A stretch of DNA of 64,000 nucleotides from Alphaproteobacteria bacterium RIFCSPHIGHO2_01_FULL_41_14 (GTDB lineage Bacteria; Pseudomonadota; Alphaproteobacteria; UBA7879; UBA5542), in contig MEMF01000002.1 of the NCBI GenBank assembly GCA_001767855.1, forward strand, positions 369,493-433,492, in the 5' to 3' direction. Position numbers and translations under genes: made by a program. Below, piece after piece: positions 38,401 to 46,891 of the stretch (positions within the stretch are counted from its first letter, which is position 1; every line of letters begins with the position of its first letter). Under the pieces are notes generated by a model that was not told where the DNA came from, ran no database searches, and worked only from the letters and a program-made list of their open reading frames with translations.

Positions 38401-41400
38401 AAGAATCCTCCTTCTGCCGAAGCGCTCCTTTCTTTCGTTGAAACATCTTCTTCATATGTATGGGAAGAAGAATGAACCCCGTCTTTTCCACGAACTTTAA
38501 ATTTCTTTTTTCCAATGTTGACACCATCTAGAATAACTTTACCCTCTGTATCAATGACATACTCTTTCTCTGCAATATTAGCGCCATCCGGACGATTTAA
38601 ATCCGGATGAAGGGTTCCTTTCTTCAAATGAAGGACGGGCACCAAACATTTTTTCTCATTAATAATTTTTGGAACGAAATATAACCCCTCATCCACTTCC
38701 TCAGGAGTAATGACCAGAATCTCTCTATAATAAGTTTCAGACTCTAGGTCGGGCTCTCCCCCACTTTCCTGAGGAAGATAGACAAAGTTTTTTCGAGCAA
38801 CTGTTGAGGGATTTTTTTGTAACGCAGCATCATACGCAGCTTTTCCTGCATCTGCCACTTGTTTCATGGAAGGGATATATCCCGTATTCATTTTTCTATG
38901 AAGAAGTCTGGTCATCAGCCCCTGAATGTCTTCAGGAGGCAAAAGCATTTTGTAAGACTCAAGGTCTTCCACTTTTTCAGCCCCCTCTATAACAACCATG
39001 GGGATCTTTTCCTTAAAATTTCTTTTCAAACTCGTTTGTAAAATATAAGGAGATTCTTCTGGAGCAGTTACATACATCTGACGATCAAACCCATGCGTTT
39101 CTTCAGGAAGTATCTCCATAAATTCTGGAAGTTCCTTAACTTCTGGGAGTTTAATGTTCCCTTGATATCCCGTTGTAACAGCCCCCGTGGCCTGAACGTT
39201 GATGGTATCACTCACCATATTCCCCGAAAGGTCCGCTTCGCCTATGCCTGTGACACCAACTTTTTCTGCCGAACTCATGACGGCATGAACAACCCCCCTT
39301 GTCCCCGCTTCAGGATAGTCCCGCCGCCAATACGTATAGGATTTACTTTTACTCCCTATTCCAAAGGTCGAATGCTTTTCCACAGAAACATCAACCCCTG
39401 TCTTCGTAAGGGTTTGGATATGGGTTTTTACATAATTTTGGTTCACAACCTTTGTTGCAAAATCAATACCAACCTCACTCCTGGCCCCCTGATCATCCGC
39501 TTCAAAGGTGTTTAGGAACTTTCTCTTTTGTTCTTCTGGGATCCCCTCAATCTCAATCCCCCCTGGCGCATACAAAAAGCTTGCGGCATTCAACGCATAA
39601 ACTATATCTCTGAGTTTTAATTTTCCTTTTCCTATATTGAATTCCGCCGGATCTGTGTTGGCATAATCTATCTGCCAATACCGATGGGAGACGATGCTTG
39701 TATCAATAATGCCCAACATATTTAAAAAGTAGGGAACTCTCCATTTAAACTCTTCTGGTTGCGTCCCTATATGAAAGGCTCCTCCAAAGTTGAGGAATAA
39801 ATTTAAATTTTCTACACTGACACCCTTTTGAACCTGTACTAACCCCAAGGTGCTGAGGAACTTCCCCTCTCGAATGCCTTCGATAAAAAGTTGTCCTCCT
39901 ACATTCAAATAACAATTAGGTTGAGACTTATAAAAATGATGTTTCCAATCAAACTTGTCTCGTCGAACATCTCCCTCTGTCAGGATCTCTGTTTCTTCGT
40001 CTCCGATCGCCCAACCCATTTGGATATGGGGAGAGACCAACTCTGTATCTCCCGCAGACTCCATTCCTCCATAATTAAAAATCTGCTTTGTTCCAACCAA
40101 AGTGAGTTTCTCCGCCCCGAATATTGATTCGGGAGGCTTTTCTTTGCTAGAGAAACGAAAATCCAAGTCCTCAAACACTTGGGATAAGAACTCGTCTTCT
40201 TTTGCATGTTTCAAATATGGAAAAGGAAAGCAATTATCCTCTCTTCTATCTTCCACATCGAGATTGGCCTCGTTGATGATTGTTTTAGCCTTTATTGTAA
40301 GTTTTTTCTTCGTCTTAAGAATACTGCTATTATAAAATTCAAGCCCCTGGAGGTTCAAACTGTAGGGAAGGTCTTCTAGAGGGGTGTTATTCTGAATAAC
40401 ACCTCCATAGGTGATGAATAAGGATTCACAGTTTAAATCAATTAGGTGGCTTTTATAACCCAATATTTCTTCTAAAGTTCTCGATTTTTGGCTAGCTGTT
40501 TCGTGGAATTCTAAAATAGGAGCTGTTAATATTCCTCTCAAAAAAGACGGTAAATTTTCAACGCCTTCAAAAGATATTTTTTCCTCAGACTCAATTGTGC
40601 CCCCAGCATCAATATCGTGTTGAGATAACGTACGACTTTTTAATCCTCTAAGTTCTTTAAACTCAATTTTTTGTTTAGCTTTTATCTGTCCTCTTCCATT
40701 CGCGAGATGAAGTTCTGTTTCATTGAGAGATAGCTGATCTTTTGCCGTTATTTTTCCTCGAATGTTTGAAATCTTCCGCATCTTTTTTAGATCAATATTT
40801 CCTTCTGAAAATATCTTTCCTTCCGTATTATCAAGTGTTTTCCCTCCCATCTTTATTTGATGAGTGGACTCTACCCGTCCCCTCGCGGTGCTAATGAGAT
40901 CTTGAGCTTCTAGTATAACCTCGGGTCCAGCAATAACGCCGCCGTCATTATTAAAGATATTTCCCTGTAGGCTTGCAAGATGCGTGCTGGTTTTAGATTT
41001 AATTGTAGACTCATCATGGTTTAAGATCCGACTTTGGGCTTCTAAAGAAACTCTGCCTTCAGGACTTTCAATTTTTGAACAATCCCCATTCACTATGTCC
41101 CCGTTTGTCTTAGTCTCCACTAACGTTTCTCCAACAACGGAAGATCCTTCTGAATTAATAAAGTTTCCTAATAATTCATCTATTGCAGGCGCTGTTTTAT
41201 CCCCACCCTCTTTCTCTTTTGTTGAGTTTGATGACGCCTCCGCAAACCGTTTGGCATGAGACTGGCTATATCTATCAAAACTAGAATCTTTATTGCTGAG
41301 AATGGGTGTGGTGGACTCTCCGATTTGAATTCTAACCGTTCCACCAGAAATAAGGGCGACGATAGCATTAGAAATCCCTTCAGAGACTCTCATATCTAAA

Positions 41401-42566
41401 GTTTGCTCCGACCTTATCTTAGAATGAGTGTTGTACACTCTTGTCGCTCTGGCAGAAAGCGTCTTAGACATAAGGAGAGACCCTTCTTTATTGTTAAGAA
41501 TTCTTATGTTGAGGTCCATTTCATTCTGGCTTAAAATAGCCCCTCCGATGTTGTCAAGGGTTCTAAGAGGCGCATTTATAAGTAAGTCCCCCAAGGAGAA
41601 GAGACGGCCATGATGATTTAGAAGAGGATTCTGACTCGCCACTGAAAGATTTATAGAAAAATCTTTTGTACTTCCAATAGAGGAACTTAAATTATCAAAA
41701 TCTTTTACATTAAAAATAAGAGCCCCTTCTCCTCTGAATGTACTGTGGTTCCCCGCTCTATAAACATCCCCCGTGTAACTAAAAGGATTCTCTACATGGA
41801 AATAAGATTGATCTAAGAAAAACTTTTTAGAGGTCACCTGAGCCGTGGCAGAAAAGATACGACTCTCCCTCAACCCAAACTTTTCTGCGATGACTTCTAA
41901 CAGAGTGGACGTAATGAGGCTTTTAAAATTAAGAGAAACAGACGGCGCCCTCAACGTTGTGTGAAGCCCTTCGATGGATCCTCCTTCAAATTTAATGAAG
42001 GCCGCACTACGAAGATCTAGACGATTTCCTCTAAAAAGGTTGCTTCCCCAAATACCACTATCCGCTACAACAGAAGCTTCCTCCCCAAAAGAGAATAGAC
42101 CTATATTTTCATAAGTTTTACTATTCAAAAAGATGTTGCTACAAGAGTTGATATTATAGGTTGTCAGACCTCCTAGAGTTACAAAAGAAAGACCTTTGGA
42201 TCCTTCAAGAGAAAAAATCTTTGCGTTTCCTTCGCTGTCTACAAAAAAGTCGATTTTTAATCCGTTACTCCACCCTAAATACCGTTGGTTGAGACCCTTC
42301 TTAAGGAAAATGCGTTTCCCTTCTTGGACAGAGATAGCTTTTTTCTTCTCTCCCTCTCGTCCATAAACTTCTAAATTTTGAAGACCTAAAATTGAAAGGG
42401 AGTTTTTTTTGTCAATCCCTATTTTAACAGGACCATTATATAAAATTGAAGAATAGGCTTTCGTATTATCTGGTTCATCAAAAACAAAGGCAGAGCCGAA
42501 TGCCTCCCAAAATAATAAAAGAAGACTAACAATTAACCATCTCCGCCCAAATAGGTTTTTCCTCAT
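35475..42566 (-). CDS. FhaB/CdiA-like polymorphic toxin (2363 aa) with a DUF637-like region, a VENN-like boundary (IDENF) and a C-terminal AHH (HNH/EndoVII) nuclease
   Basis: Signal peptide MRKNLFGRRWLIVSLLLLFWEAFGSA, then about 1700 aa of beta-helical, Gly/Asn/Ser-rich repeats. A DUF637-like segment follows: FLQTGGDLQATCRSLASVESLKTVIAAAATAGV. TAIDENFL lies at 36552..36569. The C-terminus reads KKTRVDAHHIIPQEVGG...GGIHG (AHH at 35607..35615). Confidence 0.85.
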   Translation of the reverse strand: MRKNLFGRRWLIVSLLLLFWEAFGSAFVFDEPDNTKAYSSILYNGPVKIGIDKKNSLSILGLQNLEVYGREGEKKKAISVQEGKRIFLKKGLNQRYLGWSNGLKIDFFVDSEGNAKIFSLEGSKGLSFVTLGGLTTYNINSCSNIFLNSKTYENIGLFSFGEEASVVADSGIWGSNLFRGNRLDLRSAAFIKFEGGSIEGLHTTLRAPSVSLNFKSLITSTLLEVIAEKFGLRESRIFSATAQVTSKKFFLDQSYFHVENPFSYTGDVYRAGNHSTFRGEGALIFNVKDFDNLSSSIGSTKDFSINLSVASQNPLLNHHGRLFSLGDLLINAPLRTLDNIGGAILSQNEMDLNIRILNNKEGSLLMSKTLSARATRVYNTHSKIRSEQTLDMRVSEGISNAIVALISGGTVRIQIGESTTPILSNKDSSFDRYSQSHAKRFAEASSNSTKEKEGGDKTAPAIDELLGNFINSEGSSVVGETLVETKTNGDIVNGDCSKIESPEGRVSLEAQSRILNHDESTIKSKTSTHLASLQGNIFNNDGGVIAGPEVILEAQDLISTARGRVESTHQIKMGGKTLDNTEGKIFSEGNIDLKKMRKISNIRGKITAKDQLSLNETELHLANGRGQIKAKQKIEFKELRGLKSRTLSQHDIDAGGTIESEEKISFEGVENLPSFLRGILTAPILEFHETASQKSRTLEEILGYKSHLIDLNCESLFITYGGVIQNNTPLEDLPYSLNLQGLEFYNSSILKTKKKLTIKAKTIINEANLDVEDRREDNCFPFPYLKHAKEDEFLSQVFEDLDFRFSSKEKPPESIFGAEKLTLVGTKQIFNYGGMESAGDTELVSPHIQMGWAIGDEETEILTEGDVRRDKFDWKHHFYKSQPNCYLNVGGQLFIEGIREGKFLSTLGLVQVQKGVSVENLNLFLNFGGAFHIGTQPEEFKWRVPYFLNMLGIIDTSIVSHRYWQIDYANTDPAEFNIGKGKLKLRDIVYALNAASFLYAPGGIEIEGIPEEQKRKFLNTFEADDQGARSEVGIDFATKVVNQNYVKTHIQTLTKTGVDVSVEKHSTFGIGSKSKSYTYWRRDYPEAGTRGVVHAVMSSAEKVGVTGIGEADLSGNMVSDTINVQATGAVTTGYQGNIKLPEVKELPEFMEILPEETHGFDRQMYVTAPEESPYILQTSLKRNFKEKIPMVVIEGAEKVEDLESYKMLLPPEDIQGLMTRLLHRKMNTGYIPSMKQVADAGKAAYDAALQKNPSTVARKNFVYLPQESGGEPDLESETYYREILVITPEEVDEGLYFVPKIINEKKCLVPVLHLKKGTLHPDLNRPDGANIAEKEYVIDTEGKVILDGVNIGKKKFKVRGKDGVHSSSHTYEEDVSTKERSASAEGGFLSSSSKIQETTHHHTIRRPGLLAIAGSGQDGSVAFESDKDILLTGMNLIGGDVTLNGWRVLLNTLDLQEKILNDLGQEVILPTYVQTLVFGSKKGHIKAKIFENHGSYYLTVRDNIVEAEYEIKQEYASKEYRQNHTCRVKQSAFSAKATEDELYQTAFSTPEMGSLEGSLKLLSQVITAEGIVRAPERELIFKGETLKTGAKARHNKHTSTMTQATSFGGAEQKSTTEMPQFLDTHVEGKTIQVDTKTADFEGTTIRGDKLTDMTTQGMTVRPTVEVMLTRSESSQSGFFGTMGTRTEAGQEVEHRSSVDVKEWESIHVPAQFTNVDWDKYATLISGIDPEERTRQLTSWVHTKRFSTGIGQEGAIIVALAVSVATGGAGSGILAVMGNAAFSTLCSTAAVTFLQTGGDLQATCRSLASVESLKTVIAAAATAGVVNKLAPTLGITLKGADMTPAQHAARAVFTTGTQTAVTALVNQEAPDLSQAARLMVANVVQGYAANQLGKARAANQPKEATGSVESLDGTTHKILHAAVGAAAGAILDPKHIGRGALAGAIGAAVAEMVAEGLTTTTSTQEEIQRNANTAKIMAGIAALATGQGGVGTAVHTGTTAIDENFLQTMELIAQEQQDEDQGILSTGEVYKQVLEKAGQKASSLLDGIEESDIWIVKAIGRGFRRGDLGPVSDFKEVISDIQAQNERTYHATLESFVTSRDSSELFMIQQTAQNIAESEAVLGAFTLFGVNTPAEQRLPQSFLDQIGRAFLVGGPLVKGAAKVLKGIGGFVASADESMKLFDISRSVVRPKMVANTSGAARSTVMAESTGARAEVLVGEVRKTKPVDTKWAGGAVEYIRDMEARSGFKFTELQKKELATAMRTGKFEKLTPMEKQLHSDSFTKATRQNLISEWEHHTGQVWPFQMRNIRGELKKTRVDAHHIIPQEVGGPHVWWNMKPVSFGAQHQGGIHGTGSPLNRLLETKQ

Positions 42567-42617
42567 TTTATTTCCTCCACAATAGTTGAATAAAAAGATA
42601 GGGTGTCCTGTTTATCG

Positions 42618-43325
42618 TTAAAACAAACCAAGAACTTTTTTCTTTTTTTTCTTCCCCCCTCCGGTAGATTGGGTCTGTGCCTTAGGAGCCTCTTGAGGTG
42701 CGGGAGGCGCTGCTACATAAACCTTTTTCCACTCTTCAAATGGTTTTGGTTCATGAAGTTGCACGCCTGGAGAGACTTCCCAAATATCCTCTGTAGAGGC
42801 AAATTCATATTTTACTCCATTTTCCTCGATGGTTTTCTGACGGTCTTCTTCTGAAGGCTCTACACGGACCCACGGAAAGGATTCTCTTTCCTCCTCCCCA
42901 AAAGGAACCTCTACATTATTCTTCACAAAGAAAGATTTGACGATGAGTCTGGAAAGCTTTCTTTCTGCATCTCTCACCCACTCCCCCGGTCTCATCTTTT
43001 CTTCATATTCTTCTGTAACTGTATTTTTATGTGTTTCCCTATCTCCCAAAAAATTTCTCTCGTGGAATTTTAAGAAAATCTTTCCCCTGTTCTTTTTTGT
43101 ATAAAATGGTTCAGAGTCAATGACACTCCTAGGTGTTAAATCTTCCCGAGCAGATCCATCCAGTGCACTGTTCCCCGAGTCCTCCAAAGGCCTCACTTCC
43201 CACTGAGGCGCCGCTGATAAAGCATGGGCATAATGCCCCCCGTCATATTCCAAAGCACTTGTGTACCCCATGAGACCCTGACTTAACACGCTGACTCCCA
43301 ATATAAACTTTCCAATCTTCGTCAT
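42618..43325 (-). CDS. Hypothetical secreted protein encoded directly upstream of the toxin gene
   Basis: RBS GAGGGGAAG. Signal-like N-terminus MTKIGKFILGVSVLSQGLMG. Acidic central region and poly-Lys tail GGGKKKKKKVLGLF. 51-nt gap to the toxin start. Confidence 0.55.
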   Translation of the reverse strand: MTKIGKFILGVSVLSQGLMGYTSALEYDGGHYAHALSAAPQWEVRPLEDSGNSALDGSAREDLTPRSVIDSEPFYTKKNRGKIFLKFHERNFLGDRETHKNTVTEEYEEKMRPGEWVRDAERKLSRLIVKSFFVKNNVEVPFGEEERESFPWVRVEPSEEDRQKTIEENGVKYEFASTEDIWEVSPGVQLHEPKPFEEWKKVYVAAPPAPQEAPKAQTQSTGGGKKKKKKVLGLF

Positions 43326-43527
43326 TCTTCCCCTCAATTTCTTTGCTGATATTTCAATATTTTCAGAAACATACATCAAAAAACCAATAAGAGGTATATC
43401 AATTTATGAATACCTTAAGTTAACTGAGAGTATCTTTTAGCAAACCTAATTTTTTACACCAAAAATCAGCTTTTTTAAGGACCCTCCTTATTGTAGTCCT
43501 AATTTTCCATAGTGTTTTTCTATAATG

Positions 43528-43790
43528 TCCCCAGGCTCAAGCATTTCGAAAGCATCATTACTCATCCAATGATCATCGTGTTTGGTGGGGCCTTCTACAA
43601 TCTCTTCTCTGAATCAAATAATTTCTTTTGAAAAATGCGCCGCCACCAAGGGGGGGAATTTCGTTAACACAATAAAACTTATATTCTTCAGGCATTTTAT
43701 GTGGGACTACCAAGCAACCAGCGCCGATTGTTTGGTAAAAAGATCTCAACTGACACAGTTTAAAGAACTCTCCCTTTAAGAGTTATGGTG
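43528..43790 (-). pseudogene. Decayed orphan copy of the SMI1/KNR4 immunity gene
   Basis: The minus strand reads LVAAHFSKEII*FREEIVEGPTKHDDHWMSNDAFEMLEPGD. The intact gene reads LVVAHFSKEIIRFRTETIEGPAECEDHWMSNATLEMLEPGD. The in-frame TGA is at 43614..43616, and both ends are missing. Confidence 0.8.
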
Positions 43791-43953
43791 AACACGCTTT
43801 TTTTTCAAAACTAAACCACTCAAACATCTTTGTGCCGTAGCAAAAGTATATCTAACTTCCATAATATTAGTCTGTAATACATGTTTAATCGATTATAAAA
43901 CACTGGTAAATTTCTAATACATCCATCAGTAAGAAAGTTCTCTTCACCCTATT

Positions 43954-44979
43954 TTGCAGTATGTAGTGCGTAATCTGCACACTAATTCATTTTCAGAGAC
44001 GCGAAGCAATTATCCCACACCGCTTTGTATGTCTCTAAAACGAAGTTTTATTATAACAGGGTCTAGTAGCCCCGATCTTCTTTCTCAGACGTCAGAAACT
44101 TTGGCGGGAAGAGTTGGGATATTAGAAATAGGAACTCTAAAAGCAAATGAGTATTATCAAAAACCTCTGAGTCCTTTCTATAATTTATTTGCTTCAAAAA
44201 TTTCACCTGAACGCATTCCTTCTGGTTCCCAACCCCTCTCAGGCCAAGAGATAGACTTTATTTGGATGAAGGGGGGGTATCCAGAGCCCTTACTGGCAAA
44301 GAATCCGCTTTTCTATAATCAATGGATGGAAAACTACAGGGATACATATATTAACCGAGATATAGCGAGGCTGTTTCCTTCTCTTAATAAAGTCAATTAT
44401 CGTCGTTTTCTCAGCATTCTTTCTAAATTATCTGGAACGATTCTCAATAAGCGAGACATGGGCCGAGCGCTAGAGGTCAATGAAGGCACGATAAAACAAT
44501 ATCTCCATATCGTGACGGGCACTTTTTTGTGGCGTTCTCTGCCGAGTTTCGAGAAAAATATTATCAAATCAGTTATTAAAATGCCGAAAGGATATATTCG
44601 AGATTCAGGTCTGCTTCATTATCTAACAAAAATAAGCTCCCTTGAAGAATTGAGTGAAAATCCCTTGGTCGGTGCTTCTTTTGAATCTTTCGTTATAGAG
44701 GAGCTTTTGAAAGGATTAGAGTCAACGCTGGTTACAAACTGGCAGCCTTTTTATTATAGGACGAGAAATGGAGCAGAGATTGATCTTATTTTAGAAGGGC
44801 CTTTTGGGGTTTTGCCCATAGAGATTAAATACAGTTCTACCGTGAAGTTGAGACAAATTTCTTCTTTAATCCAGTTCGTAGAAGAACACCAATTTCCCTT
44901 GGGAATCGTTATCAACCATGGCCGATCTATCGAATGGATCCATGATAAGATCGTCCAAATCCCTGTGGGCTGGATTTAA
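43954..44979 (+). pseudogene. DUF4143-containing AAA ATPase (COG1373-like), 5'-truncated
   Basis: Contains ...IITGSSSPDLLSQTSETLAGRVGILEIGTL and a C-terminal DUF4143/PD-(D/E)xK-like region (GAEIDLILEG...LPIEIKYS). It lacks the N-terminal Walker A region expected about 100 aa upstream. The track start is a TTG. Confidence 0.6.
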
Positions 44980-45033
44980 GAAAGAATTTCTTCTTGTAAA
45001 AATGGAGTCAGACTCCATTTTTACATGGACTTT

Positions 45034-45699
45034 TTATGAAAATAATCCCCGTTTGCGGACCACGGTCAAACCATCCCCGAGCGGCAGCAACACCATATCC
45101 ACGCGGGTATCTTCATGGATCTTGGCATTCAGGTCTTGGATGGCCTGGGCATAGGGCGCGGGATGGGGGTTAATCACATCTCCGCTTGAAAGCGTATTAT
45201 CTAGTACAATGAGGCCTCCTGCGGGACAAAGTCTGAGGGCTGATTCGTAATAGTTGTCGTATCCGCGCTTGTTCGCATCAATGTAAATGAAATCAACAGG
45301 GGTACCCTCCTGCTCTAATTGATCGAGAGTCACCTGCGCGGGACCTTGGCGAAAGGTGATCTGAGGGCCACGGCCTGATTGATCCCAGAACACACGGGCG
45401 TCTTCTGCCAGCTGCGCATCTGTTCCACAGGTGGTGAGGTGGCCCTGGGCCCCCATCACCAAGGCCATAGCCAAGGTAGAGTATCCGATAAACGTGCCGA
45501 TCTCTAAAATATGATGCGGCTCTGCAATCTGAACTAATAACGCAAGGCATTGGGCGGCCTCGGGTAAGGTATGTTGGTGCAGTTGGGGGTGATGCTGAAA
45601 ATGCGACCGCAAGGCAGCCAATGCGGCGGGCTCGCGATATCCCACGGATTGGTAATATGCATACAGCTCGGGGGTCAGTTGAATGGGTCCATGTGCCAT
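45034..45699 (-). CDS. Class I SAM-dependent O-methyltransferase (caffeoyl-CoA OMT-like)
   Basis: SAM motif ILEIGTFIGYSTLAMA, plus FDFIYIDANKRGYDNYYESALRLCPAGGLIVLDNTL. Confidence 0.85.
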   Translation of the reverse strand: MAHGPIQLTPELYAYYQSVGYREPAALAALRSHFQHHPQLHQHTLPEAAQCLALLVQIAEPHHILEIGTFIGYSTLAMALVMGAQGHLTTCGTDAQLAEDARVFWDQSGRGPQITFRQGPAQVTLDQLEQEGTPVDFIYIDANKRGYDNYYESALRLCPAGGLIVLDNTLSSGDVINPHPAPYAQAIQDLNAKIHEDTRVDMVLLPLGDGLTVVRKRGLFS

Positions 45700-45766
45700 G
45701 GGGGCATGATGGCATGAGCGAGATCAGGAATCAAGCGGGGACATAAAGCGCCAATACTTCAGATCT

Positions 45767-46891
45767 TTAAATGGATAGCAGCTTAACGAACGTCACAAAA
45801 GACGGCGTGCCTTCAGTGAAGGGGGATTCTAAGTGAGTATGGGTGATGGACGCCATGTGATCACTAATCTCTGTATACTCTTTAGGATTTCCAAATTCAA
45901 TTTGTCTTTTTGGATCTCCAAACCAGGTCACAACGATGTGGAAGAATTTCACATGATAATTTTTCATTTTACCATACAGCCAATTATAACAGGCTCCTGT
46001 AAACTGCATTCGACAACAATCGCAACTATTATACGTGGAATGGAGGTGAAGAATAACGCTCTCTAAAGGTTCGTGAGGTAGAAAGTTGATAGAGTTCTCC
46101 TGGAATACACGTAAAACTCTAGGCTCACTATGGTAGAAGTTTTTTATTAATTGATTAAAAGCAGCTGTAGCACGCTCACAAGTTTTTCTCCACTTTTCTT
46201 CCTGATTTTTAAGCTCCCCGGATCCATCAGACAGAGGCATATCAACATAAACCCCTCGATTGATTAAAGAGGATTCTGCCATGATTTTACGAAAGTGGGA
46301 TTGATAATTGTCAAATTCTTTTTGAAAAGACTCGAAAGCCTTGAATGCTGTTTCAGAGGAGTCTTCATACACTTTAAGTTGCCTTTGTAATAAGCCTAAA
46401 GCTTCTTTTTCACATGTTCTAAGAGGTGTGAAATTTTGGGTTACAACCCTCTTAATTTCTTCCACAGCAAGAGGAGACTCTCGAATAGAAATCTTCATTT
46501 CTGGTGTGCAGAGTTTTTGCATATCAGATCTTTTGGCCGAACTGTCAAAAACAAGGGGCAAGGAAGAGAGGGAGAAGAGTTCATGAAGTTCCCTAAATGA
46601 AGCTTGCATTTCTCCAGTTTGATCGTCCTTTCTGTAAAAACCTAGTTTTGCGGTTACAAAATTAGTTGTATTGCCTCTATTTTCTTGACGGTCAAGGGCA
46701 GTAATTCTTCTTTCCTTCTCCCATAGCTCTCGATGGAGTCTTAGAACGGGTTGTCCATATAATGTAATAGGATGACCTGCGGTATCCTTCAGATCACAAA
46801 GCCCCCATGATCCATCCGAGGGCGCTGAGAAAGAATAAAGGAAGAATCCTGTTAAAAAGGAGAGAAGAAAAGCCGTTAATTTATGAGGCAT
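45767..46891 (-). CDS. Hypothetical secreted protein (374 aa) with a C-terminal HE...CxCC motif
   Basis: Signal-like N-terminus MPHKLTAFLLSFLTGFFLYSFSA. C-terminal PHEPLESVILHLHSTYNSCDCCRMQF. Overlaps the upstream ORF by 11 nt. Confidence 0.55.
   Translation of the reverse strand: MPHKLTAFLLSFLTGFFLYSFSAPSDGSWGLCDLKDTAGHPITLYGQPVLRLHRELWEKERRITALDRQENRGNTTNFVTAKLGFYRKDDQTGEMQASFRELHELFSLSSLPLVFDSSAKRSDMQKLCTPEMKISIRESPLAVEEIKRVVTQNFTPLRTCEKEALGLLQRQLKVYEDSSETAFKAFESFQKEFDNYQSHFRKIMAESSLINRGVYVDMPLSDGSGELKNQEEKWRKTCERATAAFNQLIKNFYHSEPRVLRVFQENSINFLPHEPLESVILHLHSTYNSCDCCRMQFTGACYNWLYGKMKNYHVKFFHIVVTWFGDPKRQIEFGNPKEYTEISDHMASITHTHLESPFTEGTPSFVTFVKLLSI

Noticed and set aside
41700-42566. Annotating the toxin N-terminus as a canonical TPS (two-partner secretion) domain
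   Set aside because: I could not find the NPNL/NPNGI motifs by eye and no TpsB gene is adjacent, so only the description 'FhaB/CdiA-like' is claimed.
43582-43779. 65-aa plus-strand ORF on the track
   Set aside because: It is antisense to the recognisable decayed immunity-gene fragment and has no RBS or motif.
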